DNA of 64,000 bases from Gemmatimonadota bacterium (GTDB taxonomy: Bacteria > Gemmatimonadota > Gemmatimonadetes > Palauibacterales > Palauibacteraceae), in assembly GCA_039587355.1 (NCBI GenBank), contig JBDHIO010000004.1, positions 88,733 through 152,732 on the forward strand. The letters are read 5' to 3'. Below are positions 38,801 to 47,838 of this stretch, in pieces. Within the stretch, counting starts at the first letter, position 1; every line of letters starts with the position of its first letter. The notes beneath the pieces are model-generated. The model was not told the DNA's origin. It saw only the letters and a program-made list of their open reading frames with translations, and did no database searches. Made by a program: the position numbers and the translations under genes.

Positions 38801-39835
38801 TTACGTTGCCAGTACCCCACGGTAGCGCTCGATATCGTCGAGAATCTTCCCACAGCCGCGGACGACGCACGTCAGGGGTTCTTCGTCCACGTGGATCGGG
38901 AGTCCGGTCTCCTCACGCAGGAGAGTATCCAGCCCGCGAACCATGGCCCCGCCGCCCGTCATCACGATCCCTCGGTCCACGATGTCGGACGCCAGCTCGG
39001 GCGGCGTGATCTCGAGGGCGCGTCGAACGGCCCCGACGATCGCCTGAATCGGTTCCTGCAGGCACTCCCGGATCTCCGCGGAATGCACTCGGACGGTCTT
39101 TGGAATCCCCGACACGAGGTCGCGGCCCTTGACCATCATCTCCTTCTCTTCATCAATCGGATAAGCGGAGCCGATCTGAATCTTGATGGCCTCCGCTGTC
39201 GGCTCCCCGATCAGCAGATTGTAGTTCTTCCGCAGGAACGTGACGATCGCCGCATCGAGCTCATCTCCGCCGACGCGAATCGACGTATCGGCGACCGAAC
39301 CCGACAGAGCGATCACCGCGATCTCGGTAGTTCCGCCCCCGACATCGATCACCATGTTGCCGGTGGGAGTCTCCACGGGAAGCCCGACGCCGACGGCGGC
39401 CGCCATCGGCTCCGACACCATGTAGACTTCCTTCGCCCCGGCGGCATGCGCGCTCGAACGAACGGCGCGCCGCTCGAGCTCCGTGATACCGGACGGCACC
39501 CCGACGACGATCAACGGCCGGATCTTGAAGAACCGGGCGGCGGTGACGGTCTTGAGGAAGTACCGCAGCATGATCTCGGTGACATCCACATCCGCGATAA
39601 CGCCGTCCTTGAGGGGACGAACCGCCTCGATACCCGCGGGTGTTCGCCCGAGCATGCGCTTCGCCTCGAGCCCGATCCCCTTGATGCGACCGGTGTCCTT
39701 CTCGACCGCGACGACGGAGGGCTCGTTCAGGACGATCCCCTCGCCCTCGACGTAGACGAGCGTATTCGCGGTGCCGAGATCGACACCGATCTTGTTGATC
39801 GGCAGAAAACTGCCGCGCAACGACCAGTTTGCCAT
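38801..39835 (-). CDS. mreB: Rod shape-determining actin homolog MreB
   Basis: MANWSLRGSFLPINKIGVDLGTANTLVYV..., actin/Hsp70 fold. ATG at about 39835 overlaps the stop of an upstream uORF (TAATG). An alternative GTG at 39847 has no SD. Confidence 0.93.
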   Translation of the reverse strand: MANWSLRGSFLPINKIGVDLGTANTLVYVEGEGIVLNEPSVVAVEKDTGRIKGIGLEAKRMLGRTPAGIEAVRPLKDGVIADVDVTEIMLRYFLKTVTAARFFKIRPLIVVGVPSGITELERRAVRSSAHAAGAKEVYMVSEPMAAAVGVGLPVETPTGNMVIDVGGGTTEIAVIALSGSVADTSIRVGGDELDAAIVTFLRKNYNLLIGEPTAEAIKIQIGSAYPIDEEKEMMVKGRDLVSGIPKTVRVHSAEIRECLQEPIQAIVGAVRRALEITPPELASDIVDRGIVMTGGGAMVRGLDTLLREETGLPIHVDEEPLTCVVRGCGKILDDIERYRGVLAT

Positions 39836-39918
39836 TAGCGGGCCCACGGATGTCTGAGGGTGGTGTGCGCGTGGGCGGGGGCCGAACGGCCCGGCGTCTC
39901 AGACCGGCAGTCCATCAT
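39835..39918 (-). other. Candidate 27-codon upstream ORF/leader peptide (MMDCRSETPGRSAPAHAHTTLRHPWAR) translationally coupled to mreB
   Basis: mRNA-strand sequence GGGAGGAGGAGGGGG-ACGACG-ATGATG... The open frame ends TAA overlapping the mreB ATG (TAATG). Could be chance in GC-rich DNA. Confidence 0.3.
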
Positions 39919-39996
39919 CGTCGTCCCCCTCCTCCTCCCACACCCTGCTCGCAAGACGCGTGCGCCCGCAATGTAAGTACGGGCTACTACGGACGA

Positions 39997-40030
39997 AAGG
40001 AGGTTCGACCTCAGGCCGGAAGAACCTCCT
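39997..40030 (-). terminator. Hairpin spanning the ald stop codon (9-bp stem AGGAGGUUC/GAACCUCCU, weak U tail)
   Basis: One arm lies within the last ald codons (EEVL), the other downstream of the TGA. The distal arm reads CCUCCU (anti-SD-like). Confidence 0.3.
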
Positions 40031-41129
40031 CGAGCGGCGTGTATTCGAGTCCGAAAGCGTCCGCTACCGCCGCGTAGGTCACCTTGCCGCCGACCGCGTT
40101 CACGCCCAGCGACAGGGGTTTGTCGGCCCTGCATGCGGCCTTCCAACCCTGGTTCGCCAGCCTCATCAGATACGGGAACGTCGCGTTGGTGAGCGCGAGC
40201 GTCGAGGTCCGTGGCACCGCTCCGGGCATGTTCGCCACGCAGTAATGGATGACGCCGTGAACCGTGTATGTCGGGTTGTTGTGAGTCGTCGGTCTCGCGG
40301 ATTCCACGCACCCGCCCTGGTCCACGGCGACGTCGACGATGACCGAGCCGTCCTTCATTCGAACCAGGTCGTCCTCCCGCACGAGCTTCGGCGCCTTGCC
40401 ACCCGTTACGAGAACCGCCCCGACGAGCACGTCGGCTCGCTCGATCTGCTCGAGAATCGTGTGGCGGTTCGAATAGAGGGTATCGACGTTCGCCGGCATC
40501 ACTTCCGACAGGTAGCGAAGCCGCTCCAGGCTCACATCCAGGATGGTGACGTGTGCTCCGAACCCGGCCGCGATCGTTGCGGCCTGAGTCCCGACCACAC
40601 CACCGCCGAGAATCACGACTTCAGCGGGCAGGACTCCGGGGACACCACCGAGCAGTATCCCGTAACCGCCGGCGTTCTTCTCCAGGTACTTGGCGCCTTC
40701 CTGCACGGCCATCCGGCCGGCGACTTCGGACATGGGAGTCAACAGGGGGAGTTCGCCGCTCGGGAGCTCGACGGTCTCGTAGGCGATCGCGACGGCGCGG
40801 CTGTCGATGACCTCCTGGGTGAGTCGCTCGTCGGCCGCGAAGTGGAAGTAGGTGAACAGCACCTGATCCTCGCGCATCCGCGCGTACTCGGGCTCGATGG
40901 GCTCCTTCACCTTCACGATCATCTCGGCGGTCGCCCAGACATCTTCGACGTCGGCGATGATCTTCGCGCCCACCGACGCATAGGCGTCATCGGTGAACCC
41001 GCTTCCCTCGCCGGCACTGGCCTCGATGAGCACCTCGTGTCCGTTCGCGACCAGCGCTTCCGCACCGGCGGGAACGAGCGCGACCCGGTTCTCTTCCGCT
41101 TTGATCTCCCTGGGGACTCCGACGATCAT
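40011..41129 (-). CDS. ald: Alanine dehydrogenase
   Basis: 372 aa, AlaDH/PNT family with NAD-binding [14 protein letters not shown] overlap with the upstream M16 gene. Confidence 0.9.
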   Translation of the reverse strand: MIVGVPREIKAEENRVALVPAGAEALVANGHEVLIEASAGEGSGFTDDAYASVGAKIIADVEDVWATAEMIVKVKEPIEPEYARMREDQVLFTYFHFAADERLTQEVIDSRAVAIAYETVELPSGELPLLTPMSEVAGRMAVQEGAKYLEKNAGGYGILLGGVPGVLPAEVVILGGGVVGTQAATIAAGFGAHVTILDVSLERLRYLSEVMPANVDTLYSNRHTILEQIERADVLVGAVLVTGGKAPKLVREDDLVRMKDGSVIVDVAVDQGGCVESARPTTHNNPTYTVHGVIHYCVANMPGAVPRTSTLALTNATFPYLMRLANQGWKAACRADKPLSLGVNAVGGKVTYAAVADAFGLEYTPLEEVLPA

Positions 41130-42448
41130 TCTGATCGCTCCTGAGTGAGGGGTTCGTTCGTAACGTTAGCGTTCGTCATCGCGGTGACTTCCTCCTCCGG
41201 AGAAAGCACCAGAAATGCCGAGCGATCCGGGGCGAACATCGCCGAGACCTCGGCACACTGCTCTTCATCTACCGCATCGATTCGCGCAGCCACCTCTTCT
41301 ACAGACCGGAACGGCTGGTCGAGCAGCGCGACCCCGGCGAGCCGGTTCATGCGGGTCGCCGGCGACTCCAACGAAATCGTGATCTGTCCCTTCAACTGCG
41401 TCCGCGTATCCTCGAGTTCCGCCGGCCGCAGCCCCTCCCGGGCCAGAGCCGACAACTCCGACGTCAAAACTTCACGCGCACGATCGGCCACTTCGGGTCT
41501 CGTTCCGACGTATGCACCCAGGTGCCCGGCCGACGCGAAGAAACAATGGAAGCTGTACACGCTGTACGCGAGTCCCAGCTCCTCTCGAATCCGCTGAAAC
41601 AGACGCGAGCTCATTCCGGCACCCAACGCCGTCGAGGTCACAACCACGGCATAACGCCGCGGATCCCGGTACGGGACCGTCAGCGCCCCCGCGAGGATGT
41701 GCGTCTGCCGCCCGCCTGGTCGACTCACGTGCCGGAGCCCGCTGCCTGCACCCACGGCGCTGACAGCCGCCGTGGAGGCCTCGGCCACGCGGGCCGGCAA
41801 CCGCCTGGATACCGTCTCGACCAGTTCTTCGTGGTCCACGGCGCCGACGGCCGCGATCACGAGGTTCGACGGGAGATACGCCGCGGCGTGCAATCGCTCG
41901 AGATCGTCACGACCGATCTGGGCCACACTCTCCAGCGTCCCCGTGATCGGCTCGCCGTAGGGGTGCCCCCCGTAAAGAAAGGAGGCATGTGCTTCGAACG
42001 CCACTTCCTCCGGCGCCTCCTCGATCTCCGCGATCTCCTCCAGCACGACCTGTCGTTCGAGCTCGAGGTCCGACGATCGGAGAGCGGGATGAAACACGAT
42101 GTCGCTGAGCACGTCGATCGCGAGGTCCATGTACTCCGCGGGAACGCGCGCCTGATACGACGTCGTCTCGTGGGTCGTGTAGGCATCGATCACGCCGCCC
42201 ACTCGTTCGATCTCCCACGCGATGTCCCGCGCACTCCGACGCTCGGTGCCCTTGAACACCATGTGCTCGAGGAGATGCGAGGCTCCAAGCAAGTCGCCCG
42301 GCTCATGCAGTCGGCCCTGGCGAAACCAGAAGCCTATGGACAGGGAATGGATCGACTCCATGCGTTCCGACAGTATCGTCGGCCCGTCCGGGAGGGCGGT
42401 GAGAAACGCATGCTCGTCGAGACGCTCGGTGGAGGCCGCCGCGGTCAC
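41126..42448 (-). CDS. M16-family zinc metallopeptidase (insulinase-like; MlpA-type, downstream of pnp)
   Basis: 440 aa with the inverted zincin motif HLLEHMVFKGT. Confidence 0.85.
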   Translation of the reverse strand: MTAAASTERLDEHAFLTALPDGPTILSERMESIHSLSIGFWFRQGRLHEPGDLLGASHLLEHMVFKGTERRSARDIAWEIERVGGVIDAYTTHETTSYQARVPAEYMDLAIDVLSDIVFHPALRSSDLELERQVVLEEIAEIEEAPEEVAFEAHASFLYGGHPYGEPITGTLESVAQIGRDDLERLHAAAYLPSNLVIAAVGAVDHEELVETVSRRLPARVAEASTAAVSAVGAGSGLRHVSRPGGRQTHILAGALTVPYRDPRRYAVVVTSTALGAGMSSRLFQRIREELGLAYSVYSFHCFFASAGHLGAYVGTRPEVADRAREVLTSELSALAREGLRPAELEDTRTQLKGQITISLESPATRMNRLAGVALLDQPFRSVEEVAARIDAVDEEQCAEVSAMFAPDRSAFLVLSPEEEVTAMTNANVTNEPLTQERSE

Positions 42449-42502
42449 GCGACGGCCTCCGACCGGTCCGTCTTCACAGCTCTTGAGTCCCGGGAATCAG
42501 GA

Positions 42503-44596
42503 CTAGTCGGCCGAGGCCGTCTCCATCGCCGCGCGACGGGACAGCTTGAGCCGGCCCCGCTCGTCGACTGCGAGCAGCTTGACCTTCACCTCGTCGCCGG
42601 GCTTCACGACGTCCTCGGTGTTCTCCGTGCGACCCTCCTCGAGCTCCGAGATGTGGCAGAGACCCTCTACCCCCGGAATGATCTCGACGAACGCGCCGAA
42701 GGTCGTGGTGTTCTTCACGACGCCGCGGTACACGCGGCCGACCTCGGGCTCTTCGACGATCGCCTCGATCATCTCCTTCGCCCGCTGGCCGCCTTCGCCC
42801 GAGACCGACGAGACGGTGACCGTGCCGTCGTCCTCGACGTTGATGCTGGCACCGGTCTCGTCCTGGATCATCCGGATCGTCTTCCCCTTCGGCCCGATGA
42901 TCTCCCCGATCTTCTCCGGGTTGATCTTCACGGTGATGATCCTGGGCGCCCACTCCGACATCTCCTCCCGAGCCGTCGACAACGAGGCGTTCATCTTCTC
43001 GAGGATGTGGAGGCGCGCCTCACGCGCCCGCTCGAGCGCCTCGCTCATGGTGTCCGCCGACAGGCCTTCCGCCTTGATATCCATCTGGACAGACGTGATT
43101 CCGTCGGCCGTTCCGGCGATCTTGAAGTCCATGTCGCCGAGGGCATCCTCGACACCGAGGATGTCGGTGAGGATTGCGACCTGATCGCCTTCCTTGATCA
43201 GTCCCATCGCGATGCCCGCACACGGAGCGCGCATCGGCACGCCGGCATCCATCAGCGCGAGCGACCCGCCGCACACCGAAGCCATCGAGCTCGATCCGTT
43301 CGACTCGAGCACCTCCGACACGACGCGAATCGTGTACGGGAACTCTTCGTATGCCGGGAGCAGCGGCTGAAGAGCCCGCTCGGCCAGCTGTCCGTGCCCG
43401 ATCTCACGCCGGCTCGTGCCGCGGAACATGCGGACCTCACCCGTGGCGAAGCCCGGGAAGTTGTAGTGCAGCATGAACGACTTGGTGGTCTCCTCGGCCG
43501 TATCCAGGGAGTCCATGCGCTGCTCATCCCGCACGGTACCCAGGGTCGTGACGACGAGCGCCTGCGTTTGTCCACGCGTGAACAGCGCGGAGCCGTGTGT
43601 GCGCGGCAGGATGGACACGTCGCAGTCGATGTCGCGAATGTCGTTCACGCCACGACCGTCGATCCGCTCACCGTCGTCCAGAATACGCTGCCGCATGACC
43701 TGCTTCTCGATCTTGCGGAAGACGTTCCCGATGTCGTTGTGAGCATCGGGGAACTCCTCGGCCAGCGCTTCCTTGACCTCGGTCCGGAGCGCGGACAGCG
43801 TCCGGCCGCGCTCTTCCTTGTCAGCGATCCGCAGCGCATCGCTGATCCCGTCGGTCGCGGCGGCCTTCACCCGCTCGGCGACTTCCGAATCCGGAGCCTG
43901 CGACTCGTACTCGAACTTCTCGACGCCGCCGACGAGCCCGATCAGCTCTTCCTGCAGATCGATGAGCTCACGGATCGCATCGTGTCCAACGCTCATCGCC
44001 TCGAGGAACTCCTCCTCGGAGATCTCGAGACACGCGCCCTCGACCATGACGATCGCGTCCTTCGAGCCCGCGACCACGATCTCCATGTCGCACATCTCGA
44101 GGTCGGCGAACGTCGGATTGACGAGCCACTCGCCATCCATACGTCCGACTCGAACCCCGGCGACCGGACCGCCCCACGGGATCGGCGAGATGCTGAGCGC
44201 CGCCGAGGCACCGAGCAGCCCGATCACGTCGGCATCGTTCTCCTGATCGGCGGAGATGATGAAGCACGCCACCTGCGTTTCGTTCCGGTAGTCCTCCGGG
44301 AACAGAGGCCGCAGGGGCCGGTCGATCTGACGTGCGGAGACGATCTCTTTCTCGCCCGGCCGCGTCTCTCTCTTGATGAAGCCGCCGGGAAACTTCCCGG
44401 CCGCATACGTCTTCTCCCGATACTCGACCGTCAGGGGAAAGAACGGGAGGTGTGTCGGCTTGCGTTCCGCCGTGGCGGCGACCAGCACGGCGGTCTCGCC
44501 GAACTGGACGTAGACCGACGCATCGGCCTGCTTCGCCATCCGGCCCGTCTCGATGATGAGCGGGCGTCCGTGGAACTCGCGTTCGATTCTGTGCAT
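42503..44596 (-). CDS. pnp: Polyribonucleotide nucleotidyltransferase (PNPase)
   Basis: Two RNase PH domains, KH and S1 domains. The conserved N-terminus begins MHRIEREFHGRPLIIETGRMAKQA. The track ORF start at 44662 adds 22 non-conserved residues. An alternative start is 44614. Confidence 0.93.
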   Translation of the reverse strand: MHRIEREFHGRPLIIETGRMAKQADASVYVQFGETAVLVAATAERKPTHLPFFPLTVEYREKTYAAGKFPGGFIKRETRPGEKEIVSARQIDRPLRPLFPEDYRNETQVACFIISADQENDADVIGLLGASAALSISPIPWGGPVAGVRVGRMDGEWLVNPTFADLEMCDMEIVVAGSKDAIVMVEGACLEISEEEFLEAMSVGHDAIRELIDLQEELIGLVGGVEKFEYESQAPDSEVAERVKAAATDGISDALRIADKEERGRTLSALRTEVKEALAEEFPDAHNDIGNVFRKIEKQVMRQRILDDGERIDGRGVNDIRDIDCDVSILPRTHGSALFTRGQTQALVVTTLGTVRDEQRMDSLDTAEETTKSFMLHYNFPGFATGEVRMFRGTSRREIGHGQLAERALQPLLPAYEEFPYTIRVVSEVLESNGSSSMASVCGGSLALMDAGVPMRAPCAGIAMGLIKEGDQVAILTDILGVEDALGDMDFKIAGTADGITSVQMDIKAEGLSADTMSEALERAREARLHILEKMNASLSTAREEMSEWAPRIITVKINPEKIGEIIGPKGKTIRMIQDETGASINVEDDGTVTVSSVSGEGGQRAKEMIEAIVEEPEVGRVYRGVVKNTTTFGAFVEIIPGVEGLCHISELEEGRTENTEDVVKPGDEVKVKLLAVDERGRLKLSRRAAMETASAD

Positions 44597-44894
44597 TCTT
44601 CTGTCTTCTTTCATCGGTTTCTTCGACGTGCCATTCACGTCGGTCCTTCTTTTCGTCTGCACGCGCCTTGTGCGGGCGCAGCGATTACCCGGCCTTCAGG
44701 CCTCGCACCGATGGATCGAACGCACGCCCGCGCAGGGGCCACGACGTCGAGTAAACGACGACGCGATGGCCCCTCCGGGTCGCATTGATCCCATCGGAGT
44801 TCCGACCGACTCGACGAGTCGGCGGCGGGTTCGAGGCGGGCACGTGCCTTCCTGGCACGCGAAGCCGGTTGGCAGGGTCACGAGAGCCGGACGC
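44597..44894 (-). promoter_or_regulatory. Structured rpsO-pnp intergenic leader (several GC hairpins), candidate pnp autoregulatory/RNase III-processed 5'UTR
   Basis: About 300-nt spacer with hairpins CGTGCC-aggaa-GGCACG, GACTCG..CGAGTC, GGCC-tgaa-GGCC and ACGTG-aatgg-CACGT. Conserved gene order rpsO-pnp. Confidence 0.4.
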
Positions 44895-45158
44895 CTAGTG
44901 GCGCAGTCCGAGCTCCTCGATCACCGACCGATACCGTTCCAGGTCGGTTCGACGCAGATAGTTCAGCAGTCGACGCCGACGGCCGACCATCTTGAGCAGA
45001 CCCCGTCGACTGTGATGATCCTTGGGGTTGCTGCGGAAATGGTCGGTGAGCTCCTCGATGCGGGCGGTCAGCAATGCGACCTGTACCGACGGGGCTCCCT
45101 GGTCGTTCTCGTGACGCGAGAACTTCTCTATGATTTCCTGCTTCTTGACCTTTTCCAA
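44895..45158 (-). CDS. rpsO: 30S ribosomal protein S15
   Basis: 87 aa, canonical S15 ([13 protein letters not shown]...[21 protein letters not shown]). Confidence 0.95.
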   Translation of the reverse strand: MEKVKKQEIIEKFSRHENDQGAPSVQVALLTARIEELTDHFRSNPKDHHSRRGLLKMVGRRRRLLNYLRRTDLERYRSVIEELGLRH

Positions 45159-45248
45159 TTACCTTCGATCCTCGAGCATCGGCCTTCTGTTCGGCGACCG
45201 TATTTCGCCGGGCCGATGACGTACATTCGATCCGTCTACAAGACGTGA

Positions 45249-45277
45249 ATTATAGATTTTAGGCTAGTTTCTGTAAA
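45249..45277 (-). promoter_or_regulatory. Near-consensus sigma70-type promoter for rpsO inside a short AT-rich island
   Basis: mRNA strand TTTACA-17 nt-TATAAT, about 85 nt upstream of the rpsO ATG. Lies in the only clearly AT-rich stretch of the ribF-rpsO spacer. Confidence 0.5.
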
Positions 45278-45319
45278 GCCGCCGTTTCAGAGTGAGTGCG
45301 TGGCGGAACCGGCCCGTCA

Positions 45320-46252
45320 TCATCCGGCCCCGCCGGGCCTCGCGAAGTAGCGGATGGCCTCCTCCCGATCCTCCCGCATCTGATCGACCAATTCCGCCGC
45401 GGAACCGAAGGGACGAACGTCGCGCAACTTCTTGAGAAACTCGACGACGACCCGTTCCCCGTAGATGTCCCGCTCGAAATCGAGCACGTAGAGCTCGATC
45501 GTCGGGGGAGAACCCGCAAACGTGGGTCGCGGACCGAGGTGCAACAGACCCGACCGCAGATCAGAGCCCATGCTCGCCCGAACCGCATAGATCCCTTCCG
45601 CCGGGAGCAGCTTGTCGGGCGGCGGCGCGGAGATGTTGGCGGTCGGGAAACCCAGGGTCCGGCCCCGGCCCATACCGTGGACGACCGTGCCTCTAAGCGA
45701 ATACGGGCGCCCCAGCTGGGCAGTGGCATCCTCGACTCTTCCTTCGGCCACCGCCGCCCGGATCTTCGTCGAGGAAACGACACCACCGCCGGCCTCAATC
45801 CCCGACACCACATCGACCTCGAAACCGTGCCTCCGCCCCAGCGCCTCGAGCACGTCCACGTCCCCCGCTCGTCCGCGCCCGAACCCGTGGTCGTGTCCGA
45901 TCACCAGTTCGCGGGCGCGAAGTCGTCGAACGAGGACTTCCCGGACGAACTCCTCCGGCGTGTAGCGGGAGAACTGAACGGTGAACGAGACGAACGCGAC
46001 GTAGTCCAGCCCGTACTGGGCCAGGATCTCCTTCTTCTCGTTCGGAGTCGTAAGCAGCTTCGGCGCGTCGTCGGGTCGTACGACGCGAAGAGGGTGTCGA
46101 TCGAACGTCAGCAGGACGGAGCGGAGATCCCGCGCCCGGGCACGATGACCGATCTCTTCGAGGATCGCGCGGTGCCCGAGATGGACGCCATCGAACGTGC
46201 CGACGGTGACCACCGTGCCCTGGACCGTGGGGGGCAGACCGCTCGGCGTCAC
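45320..46252 (-). CDS. ribF: Bifunctional riboflavin kinase/FAD synthetase
   Basis: VTVGTFDGVHLGHR FAD-synthetase motif plus a C-terminal riboflavin kinase. GTG at about 46252 overlaps the truB stop (GTGA). The track ORF to 46837 is an Arg/Gly-rich artefact. Confidence 0.9.
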   Translation of the reverse strand: MTPSGLPPTVQGTVVTVGTFDGVHLGHRAILEEIGHRARARDLRSVLLTFDRHPLRVVRPDDAPKLLTTPNEKKEILAQYGLDYVAFVSFTVQFSRYTPEEFVREVLVRRLRARELVIGHDHGFGRGRAGDVDVLEALGRRHGFEVDVVSGIEAGGGVVSSTKIRAAVAEGRVEDATAQLGRPYSLRGTVVHGMGRGRTLGFPTANISAPPPDKLLPAEGIYAVRASMGSDLRSGLLHLGPRPTFAGSPPTIELYVLDFERDIYGERVVVEFLKKLRDVRPFGSAAELVDQMREDREEAIRYFARPGGAG

Positions 46253-47133
46253 GCGAACACCTTGCGAGGACGGATATTCCCCTCGACCGCTTCGGCGATC
46301 GCGACGAGGCGCCCCTCGTGTACGAGGACGATCGGCCCTTCCTGCTCGCTCCGGGTCGGAAGGAAGCGGCCGTGTCGAACGTCCGAGGCTTCCGACTCGT
46401 CGAGGGCGCGTCGTGGGAGCCACTCGAGAGCGGCCGCGGCGGATCGCCACGCCGGCCCGTTCACGGTCGCCGGCCCGATCGCCTCCGGTGCGACGGCCTC
46501 GGCCACTGCGAAGGGACCGATGGCCGTTCGTCGCAGGGACGACAGGTGGGCACCGCATCCCAAGGCACGACCCAGGTCCCGAGCCAGCGAGCGGATGTAG
46601 GTCCCGGTCGAGACCTGGACCTCGAAGGAGACTTCCGGCAGGCTCACGTCCGTCACCCGGGCGGCGTGCACCGTAATGGACGCGGCGGGCAGTTCTACGG
46701 CTTCGCCGGATCGCGCGAGATCGTAGGCCCTCGCCCCCCCCACCCTCTTGGCCGAGAACGCGGGCAGCACCTGCTCGTGGTCCCCCACCAGCCCGGCCAC
46801 CTCGCTCGCGACGGCCGCCGGATCCAGGTCGCGCCATGCCTCGCTACTCGATACGACCGCGCCGCTCGGATCCTCGGTGTCGGTCTCTACCCCGAGCCGC
46901 ATCACCGCAGCATACGTCTTGGGAAGAACGTGGAAGTGCTCCGTCGCACGCGTGAAGGCTCCCACGAGGAGGAGTAACAGCCCGGTGGCGAAAGGATCCA
47001 GCGTGCCGGTGTGGCCGATCCGGCGCTCGTCGAGCGCCCGCCGAGCCGCCGCGACCACTGCGTGGGACGTTACTCCCGCGGGTTTGTCCACGAGCAGGAG
47101 ACCGATCTCAGTCTTCGGTGACGGCATCGACAT
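46249..47133 (-). CDS. truB: tRNA pseudouridine(55) synthase
   Basis: The conserved sequence begins MSMPSPKTEIGLLLVDKPAGVTSHAVV...GHTGTLDP and includes a PUA domain. Start at about 47127-47133 overlaps the rbfA 3' end. Confidence 0.88.
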   Translation of the reverse strand: MSMPSPKTEIGLLLVDKPAGVTSHAVVAAARRALDERRIGHTGTLDPFATGLLLLLVGAFTRATEHFHVLPKTYAAVMRLGVETDTEDPSGAVVSSSEAWRDLDPAAVASEVAGLVGDHEQVLPAFSAKRVGGARAYDLARSGEAVELPAASITVHAARVTDVSLPEVSFEVQVSTGTYIRSLARDLGRALGCGAHLSSLRRTAIGPFAVAEAVAPEAIGPATVNGPAWRSAAAALEWLPRRALDESEASDVRHGRFLPTRSEQEGPIVLVHEGRLVAIAEAVEGNIRPRKVFA

Positions 47134-47500
47134 CTGGATCCGCGTGTGCCGCCCGGTCGGATTCCTTCGCCGCACGGAGCAGCTGTTCGATCCGGGTCGC
47201 GTTCGCCAGCGTCGTGTCGACCTCGAATCTGAACTCCGGGATCTTCCGGAGGTGGAGGATCTGACCCATCTCCCGTCGAATGAACCCGCTCGCCCGCTCG
47301 AGACCCTCGAGAGCGGCCTCACGGTTCTCAGATCCATCGACGGTCACGAAGACCGTGGCGTAGGAAAGGTCCGACGTCACGCGCACCTCGGTCACCGTCA
47401 CCCCGTTCACGCGGGGGTCCTTGATCTCCGAGAGAAGGAGACGAGACAACTCTCGTCTGAACATCTCGTTCAGTCGTCTGCTACGGTGGCGTCCGGTCAC
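47108..47500 (-). CDS. rbfA: Ribosome-binding factor A
   Basis: MFRRELSRLLLSEIKDPRVNGVTVTEVRVTSDLSYATVFV..., a KH-like RbfA. Start is either GTG about 47500 or ATG about 47464. Confidence 0.8.
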   Translation of the reverse strand: MTGRHRSRRLNEMFRRELSRLLLSEIKDPRVNGVTVTEVRVTSDLSYATVFVTVDGSENREAALEGLERASGFIRREMGQILHLRKIPEFRFEVDTTLANATRIEQLLRAAKESDRAAHADPDVDAVTED

Positions 47501-47526
47501 TGGGCTGGAGAGTCTCCCTGGAGCTG

Positions 47527-47811
47527 CTAGAAGTACGCGGTTTCCGACTCGACGACCTGGGCGCGCGGGTCGGATCTCACGAACGCGTCGAGCTTGCCGA
47601 TCACGAGCTCCGCGAAGTGACGGTCGGCCGCCGCGACCGCCGCGGTCAGCTCGGCCATAGAGGGGCGGTCCTGATGATCGGTCTCGGCGGCGGAGACCTT
47701 GAACCGGCTGATCATTCGATCTCGCAGACCGCGTACGACCGAGCGCTTCTCCTTGAGCGAGCGACATCCGGGCAGGTGAAGCACCCAGCGCCCCACCCCA
47801 ACAGCGGCCAT
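47527..47811 (-). CDS. DUF503/YlxP-like protein
   Basis: 94 aa with WVLHLPGCRSLKEKRSVVRGLRDRM. Conserved position between infB and rbfA. Confidence 0.7.
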   Translation of the reverse strand: MAAVGVGRWVLHLPGCRSLKEKRSVVRGLRDRMISRFKVSAAETDHQDRPSMAELTAAVAAADRHFAELVIGKLDAFVRSDPRAQVVESETAYF

Positions 47812-47838
47812 GAGTCTCGCTCTACCCCGTGCGTCCGG

